Assembly (NCBI GenBank): GCA_965217185.1
Contig: OZ244252.1
Span: 96,001-160,000 of the forward strand
Direction: 5' to 3'
Length of the DNA stretch: 64,000 nucleotides
Source of the DNA: an uncultured Candidatus Entotheonella sp.
Lineage (GTDB): Bacteria > Tectomicrobia > Entotheonellia > Entotheonellales > Entotheonellaceae
Shown here piece by piece: positions 48,076 through 58,563 of this stretch; positions within the stretch are counted from its first letter, which is position 1, and every line of letters starts with the position of its first letter. The translations under genes and the position numbers were made by a program. The notes beneath the pieces were generated by a model that was not told where the DNA came from, made no database searches, and saw only the letters and a program-made list of their open reading frames with translations.

Positions 48076-48468
48076 TCATCTGTGCAAAGGAAGCACGAGG
48101 TGCATGTTGAGGCCAGGTAAGTAAACATATGGAGGGTACACATAGGGCGTGTGGTGATGCCAGGGTCGATGATGGCGGCGGGGCCTGTGACCGCGCACGT
48201 GGTGCTCATTCCGGCGAGGGGCTTGCCGGTGATGTCTGCGTCTATCAGGCCCGGCCCAATGACGTCGGTGCCCTTGATGGCTACGCCAGCGAGGGCCGCG
48301 TCCATGGTGTCCGTGCCGCTGATGCCCGCGCCAGTGCGGTCCGTGCCCATGATGCACGTGCTTGTATTGTGCGGCCTGTTTTCGCGGGCTTGCGGGTGCC
48401 GTCATGGGTATCGTGAGGAGGAACGCCAGGCAGGCAATGACCAGTCCGTAGAGTCGTTTCCGTGACAT
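48076..48468 (-). CDS. Secreted His/Arg-rich low-complexity protein
   Basis: AAGGAG RBS, signal peptide, HVHHGHGPHW... repeats, YVYPPYVY tail. Confidence 0.7.
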   Translation of the reverse strand: MSRKRLYGLVIACLAFLLTIPMTAPASPRKQAAQYKHVHHGHGPHWRGHQRHGHHGRGPRWRSHQGHRRHWAGPDRRRHHRQAPRRNEHHVRGHRPRRHHRPWHHHTPYVYPPYVYLPGLNMHLVLPLHR

Positions 48469-48652
48469 GTCTCTCTCCTTCTTGGATGATGAGGCCGAGC
48501 GGCTTGGCTGCCGTATCTGAAAAGGGAGTTCCCCACGTCACAAGAGGCGTCGCTGAAAACCTGGAGAAATTTTTTTCTTCAACAAAAATAGCCGGTTAGA
48601 GCATTAATTTTTTCTCTATGACGTTTCCGGATATCTCGGGGGACTACGTCGT

Positions 48653-49222
48653 ATGGATTGGAACGCGCAGCAGGCTTGTGACGACGACGTGCGGCGCGCC
48701 CTGGCATCCGGAGCATTTCATCAAGCCCTGGAAACACTCGTGCAAGGGTATCAGCGAGCGGTTGTTGGCTTCTGCGTCAACATGGTCGGCGACATCCACC
48801 ACGGTGAGGATATCGCGCAGGACGTGTTTCTGGCTGTGTACAAAGCCATGCCTCGCTTCCGTCAGCAGGCTTCTGTTCGTACCTGGCTGTTTGCCATTGC
48901 GCGTCGCCAGTGTCTCAAGGCCATGCGAGATCGCCGCCGCCGGCACCGCCTGGAGCACGAACGACAAGAAACGATCGCTGCGACGGCGCACCGCAATGTT
49001 CCAGAAGCGCCCGAGGATGATCCGGAACGGCAACTCCAGCTTGTCAAGCAGGGACTCGCACGCCTCGGCAAACACGAGCGGGCTCTCCTTCTGATGCGTT
49101 ATGATACCGGACTCCTGCTTACCGACATGGCCCATATCCTCGGGATATCCGAGGCGAGCGTACGGCGGCGCCTGGCACGGGCGCTGCAACATTTGCGGGA
49201 GGTCCTGAACGATGCGGCATGA
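48653..49222 (+). CDS. ECF RNA polymerase sigma factor
   Basis: EDIAQDVF, TWLFAIAR, region 4 MAHILGISEASVRRRL.RA. Confidence 0.9.
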   Translation: MDWNAQQACDDDVRRALASGAFHQALETLVQGYQRAVVGFCVNMVGDIHHGEDIAQDVFLAVYKAMPRFRQQASVRTWLFAIARRQCLKAMRDRRRRHRLEHERQETIAATAHRNVPEAPEDDPERQLQLVKQGLARLGKHERALLLMRYDTGLLLTDMAHILGISEASVRRRLARALQHLREVLNDAA

Positions 49223-49967
49223 TGAATTTGAGCAGCACGAGCGGGCGGCCCGCGACGTCATACACGCCATAGGCCGCGCATCGGATGACATCCAGGTGCC
49301 GCCCTATTTTGCGGCACAGGTGATGGCCAAGGCGAAGTCCTTGTCGTCGCCTCGTTCCGTCTATTTCCATTGGCGCAGCGTGGCGTTGACCTGGATATCG
49401 TCCAGGCGGTTCAGAGTCGCCATGGCGCTGGTCTTCGTCCTCGCCCTGAGCGGCGCAATCCCGCAGTATGCCACGTGGTTCAAGGCCTTTACCGCCGGAG
49501 TCCCCTCGACGACGCTGCATATGGCGCTTGAGCAAGAACGGTTGTGGGAAAAGAATTTCACTTGCGCCACCCAACTCGATCAGAACTCCAAGGATTACGC
49601 GGCCATCACGGGTGACAACGTGCACGTCGTGGTGTGGGCCTGTCCTTCGGGCGACGTGCTCATCACCACGGAGTCGCCGCAGGAAACCACCTCACTACGC
49701 AGCGTCTGGGTACCGCTGGCCCCTTCGCTGCGCGGGGCAAGTCCGTGGCCACCGCTGGTCCGGCAAGCCCTTGCCGCCGCCCAGCGCTTGCCCGCAGGCT
49801 GGCGGGTGGACCAAATCACCCAGGTTCTGTGCCAGAAATGGCTCCGTGACAAACGCATTCTGCGCCGGGTCAGACTTGCGGATGGCAGTTGCCGGGACGA
49901 GGTCATCAACACGCGAACGGGCAGGGTGGTGCGAAGTCGTCCGGCGCCCTGCGACCCGCAGTGCTAG
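49212..49967 (+). CDS. Putative membrane-anchored anti-sigma factor
   Basis: Overlaps the sigma 3' end. N-terminal cytoplasmic part, one TM, six-Cys C-terminal domain. Confidence 0.6.
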   Translation: MRHDEFEQHERAARDVIHAIGRASDDIQVPPYFAAQVMAKAKSLSSPRSVYFHWRSVALTWISSRRFRVAMALVFVLALSGAIPQYATWFKAFTAGVPSTTLHMALEQERLWEKNFTCATQLDQNSKDYAAITGDNVHVVVWACPSGDVLITTESPQETTSLRSVWVPLAPSLRGASPWPPLVRQALAAAQRLPAGWRVDQITQVLCQKWLRDKRILRRVRLADGSCRDEVINTRTGRVVRSRPAPCDPQC

Positions 49968-50026
49968 CGCTGGCAAGGCGGGCGTCCTGACCGCTTGTTT
50001 TCTTTCTCAAACCGACGGGAGCACGC

Positions 50027-50911
50027 ATGGATTCAGTGGAACGACAGCAGCGTATTTTCGATGAGACCGACGCCGCGGCTTGGGTGGAAAGCGGTATGAC
50101 GATTGCCGTCGGTTCGCCACCCCCGATGGCTCTTTTGCGGCAACTCATCCGGCGCGGCGTCAGCGATCTTACGGTCATCGACAGCGGCCTGTCGCTCGAC
50201 TTGCTTATTGCGGCCGGCTGCGTCCGCAAAGTGGTGAGCTACTACGCCGGCGGGGGTTTCGGCGTGGCGGTGGCGCCGTCGTTTCGGCGTGCCGTGGAGC
50301 AGGGCGAGATCGAGGTGTGGGAGTGTGAAGAGGGCATTCTGGCGACGGGCCTTCAGGCCGCCGCTCAGGCGCTGCCGTTTCTGCCCTGGCGTGGCGGCGT
50401 CGGTACGTCGCTGCCGCAGGTCAATCCTGACCTGAAGATCATGGCCGACCCCATCAGCGGCGAAACCCTGATCGCCGTGCCGCCGGTCAAGCCCGACGTC
50501 ACCCTGCTGCACGCCGCTGCCGCCGACCCGTACGGCAACGTACAGCACCTCGGCGGGCCGGGCTGGCTTGACCTGTTTTTGCACCGCGCCGCCGACCGCA
50601 CGATTGTGCAGGTGGAACGCATCATCGCCAACGAGGACACCCGCGCCAACCCGTGGGCGACCACCATTCCGAGCGTCGATGCCGTCGTCCGGGCGCCCTA
50701 CGGCGCGCACCCCTATTACAGCCGCGGCTTCTACGTGCAGGACCAGGACCATCTGCAAGCCTACGTGGCGGCTGCCAACACGGCGGCGCGCGAGAACCGT
50801 CCCGATGGTTTGGCGCGATACTTGGCCACCTATTGCCGCGAGCCGGCAACCCACGCCGATTACCTGGAGCGCGTCGGCATCAAGCGCCTGCTCTCCCTGT
50901 ATGAGTATTGA
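50027..50911 (+). CDS. CoA-transferase-fold subunit A (GctA/CatI/IpdA-like)
   Basis: SGMTI, PMALLRQLIR, EEG.L..GLQAAAQALPFLP, DPYGN, APYGAHP. Confidence 0.88.
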   Translation: MDSVERQQRIFDETDAAAWVESGMTIAVGSPPPMALLRQLIRRGVSDLTVIDSGLSLDLLIAAGCVRKVVSYYAGGGFGVAVAPSFRRAVEQGEIEVWECEEGILATGLQAAAQALPFLPWRGGVGTSLPQVNPDLKIMADPISGETLIAVPPVKPDVTLLHAAAADPYGNVQHLGGPGWLDLFLHRAADRTIVQVERIIANEDTRANPWATTIPSVDAVVRAPYGAHPYYSRGFYVQDQDHLQAYVAAANTAARENRPDGLARYLATYCREPATHADYLERVGIKRLLSLYEY

Positions 50912-50925
50912 AACGCGAGGAAGAC

Positions 50926-51729
50926 ATGTCACAAGACTATACGCCGCAGGAACTGATGGCTGTGTTTATCGCGCGCGACCTGCGCGACGGCGAGGTGCTG
51001 CGCGTCGGGGTGGCAATGCCGGTGGTGGAGGCCGCTGTACGTCTGGCGCACGTGATGCACGGTCCGAACATGGAACTGATCTTTCTCGGCACGCGCATGA
51101 ACGTGGCGCATTTGCACAACCTGCCGATGCCGGCATTCGGCTGGGACCGCCGCGTGGTGCGCTGGGCGGAATCCTACAGCGATACGGGGCATCGCTTCGA
51201 CCGGGTGAAGGATTGGCACAAGCACGTGTTCTTCATCGGCGGGGTGCAGGTGGACCGCTTCGGCAACAGCAATTTGATCGGCGTCGGGCCGGATTATCGC
51301 CATCTGCATTTTCGCGGGCCGGGACCGGTGGGCACGGCGACGCTGACGACACACGTCGGGCGCTACTACATCGTGCTCAATTCTCATACGCCGCGCACGC
51401 TGGTTGAGCGTTGCGACTACGTCAGCGCCTTCGGATGGGGGACAGGCGGGGCGGATGCGCGCCAGCAACTCGGCCTGCCGGGCGGCGGCCCGAAGTATTG
51501 CGTGACGCCGTTGTGCGTGATGGACTTCGCCGAGGACGACAAGCACATGCGCTTGCACGCCTTGCACCCGGGTGTTTCGCAGGCCAACGTGCAGGCCCGG
51601 ACCGGCTTTGACCTCACGACGCCGGAACCCGTTCCCGCCACCCCGCAGCCCACACCGGAGGAACTGCACCTGCTGCGCACACGGGTTGATCTCGCTGGTC
51701 TGCTGCGCCGCTCAACCAAGGGGGAGTGA
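50926..51729 (+). CDS. CoA-transferase-fold subunit B (GctB/CatJ/IpdB-like)
   Basis: YTPQELMA, GGVQVDRFGNSN, GGGP...VTPLCVMDF, LHPGVS...TGF, PTPEEL. Confidence 0.88.
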   Translation: MSQDYTPQELMAVFIARDLRDGEVLRVGVAMPVVEAAVRLAHVMHGPNMELIFLGTRMNVAHLHNLPMPAFGWDRRVVRWAESYSDTGHRFDRVKDWHKHVFFIGGVQVDRFGNSNLIGVGPDYRHLHFRGPGPVGTATLTTHVGRYYIVLNSHTPRTLVERCDYVSAFGWGTGGADARQQLGLPGGGPKYCVTPLCVMDFAEDDKHMRLHALHPGVSQANVQARTGFDLTTPEPVPATPQPTPEELHLLRTRVDLAGLLRRSTKGE

Positions 51730-51730
51730 C

Positions 51731-52114
51731 ATGGCGGAAGAATTTGTCCGTAGGGGGCATTTCGAGGAATACACCGTCCGCATGGACGAGCGCTTTCTGA
51801 GCGTCGAGAAGCGTATGGAACAGGGCTTTTCCCATGCTGAAAAAGCGCGGGAACAGAACGTTGTTCATCTCAATCAGCGTTTCGACGATATGAAAGAGCA
51901 CTTCAACCAACGCTTCGACGACCTGAAGGAGAGCTTCAACCAGCGCTTCGATAGTCTGAAGGAGAGCATTGATCAGCGCTTTGACAGCGTCAACCAGCGT
52001 ATTGATGATCTGCGCTCTGACATTCGCGGTCTGCGAACGTTGATTCTGGGACTGCACACCCCCGTTGTCCTTGCCATTTTGGGAGCGGCGGTGAAGTACC
52101 TATTTTTCCAATAG
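51731..52114 (+). CDS. Coiled-coil protein with 11-aa tandem repeats and a C-terminal TM anchor
   Basis: NQRFDDMKEHF/NQRFDDLKESF/NQRFDSLKESI repeats. Hydrophobic C-terminus. Confidence 0.8.
   Translation: MAEEFVRRGHFEEYTVRMDERFLSVEKRMEQGFSHAEKAREQNVVHLNQRFDDMKEHFNQRFDDLKESFNQRFDSLKESIDQRFDSVNQRIDDLRSDIRGLRTLILGLHTPVVLAILGAAVKYLFFQ
51872..52012 (+). repeat. 33-bp coding tandem repeat (3 full and 2 partial units)
   Basis: aatcagcgtttcgacgatatgaaagagcacttc / aaccaacgcttcgacgacctgaaggagagcttc / aaccagcgcttcgatagtctgaaggagagcatt. Confidence 0.85.
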
Positions 52115-52171
52115 CCGCCGTAGACCATCCACCGCTGACGTTCTCCTCAGTCCGCGTAGTCCGACATGCTT

Positions 52172-53041
52172 TCAACCTTCCGGCTGCAAACCAAAATCGT
52201 AGGTCACCAGCGCGTATCCCGCCGTCACCCCGTATGCCGCCGCCTCTTCCGGGGATTCGATACACCGAAAATCGACGAGCAGCGGTTCCCTGACGCCAAA
52301 CACCGCGTCGGCGTCAATGTAGGCGTCGTCCGCTACGAACAACTCGGTAATCAGGGGCCGATACCCCGCCGCGCTAATCCTGAAATGGATGTGTGCCGGG
52401 CGCCAAGCATGCCGTCCGAGCGCTTGCAGCATCATGCCGACAGGCCCGTCGTAGGGCACCGTATAGGCCACCGGCTTGATGGTGGTGAAGCGGTAGCGCC
52501 CTTGGTCGTCGGTGAACATTTTGCAGCGCAGGTTGCCGGGGCCGTGCTCCGGGTCCTCACTTTCGTACTGCCCATTGGCGGCATTCTGCCAGATTTCCAG
52601 GCAGGCACCGGCAATGGGCGCGCCCTGCGGTGTGGTCACGCGCCCCGCCACCACGACCGGTTCGCCCTCGTTGTCCCCGATGAGATCGCCCCCGACTTCC
52701 AGGGACTGCATCCGCTCGCCATTGATGTAGAACGGCCCCAGCAGGCTTGAGGTGGTGGCGCCGTTGCTGGCGCGATTGTGCAACAGATCGACCAGCGCCG
52801 AGACTCCCAGCGTGTCCGAAGCGAGGATGAACTCGTTGCGGTCGGTCTGGGTGGTTTCGCCCACGCGCACCAGAAATTCCATGGCCGCCATCCACTCGTC
52901 CGGCGTCAGTTCCACCTCGCGTGCAAAGGCGTGCAGGTGGCCGATCAGGCTCGTCATGATCTGCTTGAGGCGGGGCTCGGTGGTATCGGCAATCGTCTGT
53001 AGCGCCGCCTCGGTGATGGTATCCGCAGTGACGTTGCGCAT
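52172..53041 (-). CDS. Intradiol ring-cleavage dioxygenase (hydroxyquinol/catechol 1,2-dioxygenase family)
   Basis: HLHAFAREV, EFILASDTLG, LLGPFY, IWQ...G.Y, Y.VP.DGP, WRPAHIHF. Confidence 0.92.
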   Translation of the reverse strand: MRNVTADTITEAALQTIADTTEPRLKQIMTSLIGHLHAFAREVELTPDEWMAAMEFLVRVGETTQTDRNEFILASDTLGVSALVDLLHNRASNGATTSSLLGPFYINGERMQSLEVGGDLIGDNEGEPVVVAGRVTTPQGAPIAGACLEIWQNAANGQYESEDPEHGPGNLRCKMFTDDQGRYRFTTIKPVAYTVPYDGPVGMMLQALGRHAWRPAHIHFRISAAGYRPLITELFVADDAYIDADAVFGVREPLLVDFRCIESPEEAAAYGVTAGYALVTYDFGLQPEG

Positions 53042-53054
53042 GCTTCCAGCCCTC

Positions 53055-53342
53055 CTATCCGTGGGCCTCGCCGTGCTCATGCAGCCAGCCGTCGCCCTCG
53101 GCTTGATCCAGCGTGGCAAGGATTTTGTGTGCTAGTTCCCGCGCCGATTCCGGCGTCAGCTCGACCGCTACGCGGGCGCCCGGCCCTGCTGCCTCGTTGA
53201 CGAAGTCGATATTGAGCGCATGTTCCAAGCGGATATGAAACGGGTGATCGTAGGTGACGTTGGCGGCGCTCAGCTCGAACCAGCCTGCGGTGCCTTTGCC
53301 GCTGCCGAAAATTTTCGCCTGATGGGAAATCATCGTACACAT
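53055..53342 (-). CDS. DUF6295-like small protein
   Basis: MCTMI, GSGKG..GWF, YDHPFH..LEHALNIDF, ARVAVEL. AAGGAG RBS. Confidence 0.7.
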   Translation of the reverse strand: MCTMISHQAKIFGSGKGTAGWFELSAANVTYDHPFHIRLEHALNIDFVNEAAGPGARVAVELTPESARELAHKILATLDQAEGDGWLHEHGEAHG

Positions 53343-53368
53343 CGTTGCGCTCCTTGCCCGGCCTGTGC

Positions 53369-54127
53369 CTACGTGCTGAGGTGGGTTGCGAGAAACGTGA
53401 AGACCTTCTGCCAGCCGTCGACTGCCTGCTCCTGCCGGTAGGCGGGCCGGTCGTAGTAGAAGAAGCCATGACCGGCGCCGGCGTAGCGGTGAAATTCGTA
53501 CGATTTGCCATGCGCCTTGAGCGCCGCTTCGTGCTCGTCCACTTGCGCCAATGTCGGGGCCTGATCATCTTCGCCGAACAGGCCGAGAAGCGGGCACATC
53601 AGGTCTTTCGTGTAGTCGATGGGCGCCACCGGTTGCTTCTCCGTCAGTTCCTGCTGACCCATGACCACGCGACCGCCCCAGCAATCGATGGCGGCGTCGA
53701 AGCCCGGCACCCGGCTGGCCACCAGCACCGTCTGCCGCCCGCCCGAACAGGTGCCGAACACGCCGACCTTGCCGTTGCACGTGGGCAGCGAGCGCAGGTG
53801 CCGCATGGCGCCCTCGACGTCGCCCATGGCCTGCGCGTCGGCCACGCCGCCGGCAGCGCGCACCTGGGCCGCCACGTCTTCCGGGGTGCCGTGGCCTTCG
53901 CGGAAGTAGAGGTTGGGGGACAGCGCCAGATAGCCGTGGTGGGCGAACTTGCGGGTCGCCTCCCGGTACCACTCGTCCCAGCCGGGCAGGTGATGGATAA
54001 GCACCATGCCGGGAAACGGCCCGGCTCCCAGCGGGCGGGCGAAATAGGCGTTGATGACGTCGCCGTTGGCCTCGTGCATGGTGATGGTTTCGGCCACCAT
54101 GCCCTCGTACATGTCGGTCTGATACAT
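53369..54127 (-). CDS. Dienelactone hydrolase family
   Basis: AGGAGG RBS. GTCSGG nucleophile Cys, GEDD, AGHGF. Confidence 0.9.
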   Translation of the reverse strand: MYQTDMYEGMVAETITMHEANGDVINAYFARPLGAGPFPGMVLIHHLPGWDEWYREATRKFAHHGYLALSPNLYFREGHGTPEDVAAQVRAAGGVADAQAMGDVEGAMRHLRSLPTCNGKVGVFGTCSGGRQTVLVASRVPGFDAAIDCWGGRVVMGQQELTEKQPVAPIDYTKDLMCPLLGLFGEDDQAPTLAQVDEHEAALKAHGKSYEFHRYAGAGHGFFYYDRPAYRQEQAVDGWQKVFTFLATHLST

Positions 54128-54350
54128 AAAGTCACCTCCTGCGTGAGCGCCGCTTCGAATGGGGTTCAGAGGCCGGTACCTTGTCACAAATCACCCCCGG
54201 AAGCAAAGCCGGAATTGCGCTCTGGCTGCCCCTGCCGCGGCATGACTTTCAGGGGCTGATCCAGTATAGTCAGCCGCGCACGCTGGCAAGCGGCCGGCGT
54301 ATCCATCGTTCAATAAAGACGCTGTTTACCAGTGAACTGGGAGAGCCGGT

Positions 54351-55532
<1,182 letters not shown>

Positions 55533-55639
55533 GACTCTGCAATCGGGGCAAGGGACACGTACGGCCTCGCCCCGGGCTCGACTGCAAGCGAAACCGCCGC
55601 CTGTATGTGCTTGTGCAAGCTGTAGCCAAGGAGAAAAAC

Positions 55640-56059
55640 ATGCTCAGGAAGTGCGTCTTCGTCTTGCTGCCTTTGTTAGTGCTTGGATGCGCCGGCTCCC
55701 CAGGCCGGGTATTGCTTACGACGTCCGATAAGCTGAAAGACGTTTCCACCTTCGACCTCTGTAAATCCTATTTCCTCAAGTCTACTGCAAAGCTGAAGCT
55801 CGAATTGAAGGAACGGAACGCATTCACAGCCGAAGAGTGGTCTTTCATCGACCAGCAGAAGATTCACATCGGTATGCGAGAGGTGGCGTTGGTCTGTGCG
55901 TGGGGGCATCCGGGGCTGTTCGGTTCGGTGTCCGAGTCGGTGGCCGACGAGGTCGTCCACAAGCAGTGGGTGTACCGTGCTTGTCCAGGGTGCAAGGCGC
56001 TGTACGTGTACACGGAAAACGGCAAGGTGACGAGCTGGCAGAACCTCAAGTCAGAGTGA
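55640..56059 (+). CDS. Hypothetical lipoprotein
   Basis: AAGGAG RBS. Lipobox VLGC. IGM...WG.P...QWVY...Y.ENGKV.SWQ. Confidence 0.7.
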   Translation: MLRKCVFVLLPLLVLGCAGSPGRVLLTTSDKLKDVSTFDLCKSYFLKSTAKLKLELKERNAFTAEEWSFIDQQKIHIGMREVALVCAWGHPGLFGSVSESVADEVVHKQWVYRACPGCKALYVYTENGKVTSWQNLKSE

Positions 56060-56073
56060 AGGGGCTTGACACC

Positions 56074-56520
56074 CTAAAACGACACGCACGCTGCGGTGAT
56101 CACACGCAAAACGGACTCTTGGCCGAACGCGCGTTTGTACGCCTCTGCAACCTCATCCGTGCGCTGCATCCCATCCGCGTCTCGCTTTGCCAGAATGAGT
56201 ACCAGCTTCGTCCGCTCCCGCACGATCCTGCCCGACCCATCACGCCATTGTCCCGCAGCGTCCAGGACGGTCAGGCCATCGGGAAATCGCGGCGTGATCT
56301 CTTTCGCGAGAAACGCCCGCCAAGCCGCGTCGCTTACCACTTCGATATTCCCCCGACTGCGCCCGAAGAAAAGCCGGTATTCGGTAAAGAGTTCCGTGCC
56401 GGCCGGGCAGGACGGCCTATCGGCCTGCGCGGAAAGCGCCGTGACAGATGCAAGGATCGTCAATAACACGACAGCGCAGATATTATGATGTGTACGTTTC
56501 TTCAAGACTTTTCCTCTCAT
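56074..56520 (-). CDS. DUF3574-family exported protein
   Basis: LFFGR, W..FL..EITPRFPDGLTVLDA.GQW, YK..F.QESVL. Confidence 0.85.
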   Translation of the reverse strand: MRGKVLKKRTHHNICAVVLLTILASVTALSAQADRPSCPAGTELFTEYRLFFGRSRGNIEVVSDAAWRAFLAKEITPRFPDGLTVLDAAGQWRDGSGRIVRERTKLVLILAKRDADGMQRTDEVAEAYKRAFGQESVLRVITAACVSF

Positions 56521-56578
56521 TGTGTGTTATCTCGCCAACGGCAATATCTGAAACGGCGTATTAGGGTCCCTTGCAAGC

Positions 56579-56821
56579 TCACGGGGCCTGTTTTGCGTCG
56601 GTGTTGTAGGTCTTCAGGGCTTCCATGGCCAACTCGGCGGGGTGCTTGACGACTTCGAGTTCCGTGTCCGGCGATACCGCAATGCCGCTTCGGGTGGCGA
56701 AGGTCACCCGGCAACCGGCGCCCTGCTTGGTGAGCACCCCGACTTGGCCGTCGGGCAAGCGTACGAGGGTCCAATCGCTCAGGTATTTGGCGTTTACCAG
56801 TCGGTCTTTGCGCGATGCCAT
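56579..56821 (-). CDS. Small hypothetical protein
   Basis: AGGA RBS. 80 aa with host-like codon usage. Confidence 0.55.
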   Translation of the reverse strand: MASRKDRLVNAKYLSDWTLVRLPDGQVGVLTKQGAGCRVTFATRSGIAVSPDTELEVVKHPAELAMEALKTYNTDAKQAP

Positions 56822-56890
56822 GATGTGAGTCCTGCCTGTTTGGAAGCAATCTCCGATCTGATTTCCAGGATGCGCAATGTCCCCGAATCG

Positions 56891-56917
56891 GTCATTCCGG
56901 CGTATGCCGGAATCCAG
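56891..56917. repeat. GTCATTCCGG-type palindromic repeat
   Basis: gtcattccggcgtatgccggaatccag. Confidence 0.6.
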
Positions 56918-57005
56918 TGGCCTTGGCTTCAGTTCGAGGCGGGTTCTTGGCTCTCGGAAAACCTTCTGGGCTCTGGTTTCCGCCAGAGTGACGCGACTTT
57001 GCCAG

Positions 57006-57461
57006 TTAGGGTTGCGGCAGCGTGTGCGGCCAGATGATCCGAGCCGTCAGCAGCGGCTCCCCGGCTCGCTGTTGCGCTTGCGCAATGGCCGTCAGCCAGG
57101 CGGTCAGACGTTGGCAGCGGTTGCGCATGTCGCTGGGTGTATCGGCGTAGAGCCGGATCACCGCCCGCAGGCGGCCGGGGATGTCCAGGTCGGGATTGGC
57201 GACCATCTCTGAGTCCCCAGCCTGTTGCAGCACCAGGGCGAGGGCCTCCCGTCCGCTGCTCAGCACGTTGCGGGCGTCTTCGATGGTCCGCTCGATTGCC
57301 AGCCGGGGCGTGCCGGCGAGATGCCCTTCACGCCCCAACGCCTGCCAATCGACAGCGGCCAGTTCCCCCAAAGCCGCCCCGTACGTTTCGTGCAGCGCGT
57401 CGAGTTGGCGCCGCAACGTTTCCACATTGTCCACCAGATTGCTGAGTTCATCTGAAGGCAT
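57006..57461 (-). CDS. Hypothetical helical protein
   Basis: GGAGG RBS. Co-oriented 27 nt after uppP. Confidence 0.6.
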   Translation of the reverse strand: MPSDELSNLVDNVETLRRQLDALHETYGAALGELAAVDWQALGREGHLAGTPRLAIERTIEDARNVLSSGREALALVLQQAGDSEMVANPDLDIPGRLRAVIRLYADTPSDMRNRCQRLTAWLTAIAQAQQRAGEPLLTARIIWPHTLPQP

Positions 57462-57488
57462 ACGGTGCCAACCTCCGGGGGTTAAGGG

Positions 57489-58283
57489 TCAGCGCCACAG
57501 CAGCAAGACCGCGCCGGCCACGACGAGGCGATACCAGCCGAACGGCGCCAGGGTGTAGCTGCCGAGCAGGCGAAGGAAGAATTTGACCGCCAGCCTCGCC
57601 GACAACCAGGCGACGATGAAGCCAATAGCGAAGATCGGCAGGCTTTCGAGCTCCAGGTGCCGCCAGCTTTTCAGCAGGTCGTAGCCAATGGCGGCGAACA
57701 TCACCGGCACGGCGGCGAGGAAGGAGTATTCGGTTGCCGTGCGGCGCTCAAGGCCGGCGATGCGCCCGCCGATTATAGTTGCCGCGGCGCGCGATACCCC
57801 TGGCCACAGCGACAGGCACTGGAACAGCCCGACCAGCAGTGCATCACGCCACTGCAAGGCGCCCAGACCTGCGCGGCCAGGCCGCACCCACAGCCGCTCG
57901 ACCAGCAGAATGGCCACCCCGCCGACACCGAGTCCCAGGGCGACGGTGCCGGGATTGAACAGGTGTTGTTTGATAAAGCCATGCGCTGCGGCGCCGCATA
58001 CCAGGGCGGGCAGGGTGGTCAGGCCGAGCAGCAGGAGCCCGCGACTGCCCCCGAATTCGCTTTCCCGGCGGCCTGGCAGCAGGCTGCGGAAGCGATCCTT
58101 GTACAGCCCCACCACCGCCAGGATGGCGCCCGACTGGATGAAAATCTGAAACGTCGCCGCCTGCGGTCCGCGCCAATCGATCAGGTGTCCGACCACAATC
58201 ATGTGCCCGGTGGACGAGACCGGGAGAAACTCCGTCAGCCCCTCGACGACGCCCAAGAGGACGGCCGACAGCACCATGAACAT
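57489..58283 (-). CDS. uppP: Undecaprenyl-diphosphate phosphatase
   Basis: GVVEGLTEFLPVSSTGH, IQ.GAILAV, PGVSR, EYSF, FGWYR. Confidence 0.93.
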   Translation of the reverse strand: MFMVLSAVLLGVVEGLTEFLPVSSTGHMIVVGHLIDWRGPQAATFQIFIQSGAILAVVGLYKDRFRSLLPGRRESEFGGSRGLLLLGLTTLPALVCGAAAHGFIKQHLFNPGTVALGLGVGGVAILLVERLWVRPGRAGLGALQWRDALLVGLFQCLSLWPGVSRAAATIIGGRIAGLERRTATEYSFLAAVPVMFAAIGYDLLKSWRHLELESLPIFAIGFIVAWLSARLAVKFFLRLLGSYTLAPFGWYRLVVAGAVLLLWR

Positions 58284-58389
58284 GGGTGATTCTCCCAACC
58301 GGTTTCCGTGACCTATGCAGGCGCGCGGCATCCTAGCACAGCCCACGGCGCCAGCAAAAGTCGGCCGCCGAGCGCGTCTCACTCTGGAT

Positions 58390-58429
58390 CCCCCCTCTCC
58401 CTAACCCTCCCACGCACAGGGGGGAGGGG
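58390..58429. repeat. CCCCTCTCCCTAACCCTCCC-type intergenic repeat
   Basis: ccccctctccctaaccctcccacgcacaggggggagggg. Related to 35303-35334. Confidence 0.55.
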
Positions 58430-58563
58430 CGCTGAGCGACTCATGTAAGTCGCACGTGTCGAGGGGGAGAAAGAGCAAATGTGCTACTATGAACGCCGTG
58501 TTTTACCGTCTGAGTTCAAGCCCTCATGCGGGGTTGAACCCCGCGTCAATTCGGAGTATCGGC

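Noticed and set aside
48520..48650. Shared GACG-N18/19-ACT motif as ECF promoters on both strands
   Set aside because: Too short and the spacing is inconsistent, so it cannot be supported without homolog alignment.
51872..52012. 33-bp repeats as a CRISPR array
   Set aside because: The units are contiguous with no spacers, vary at synonymous positions and encode a peptide repeat. No cas genes are present.
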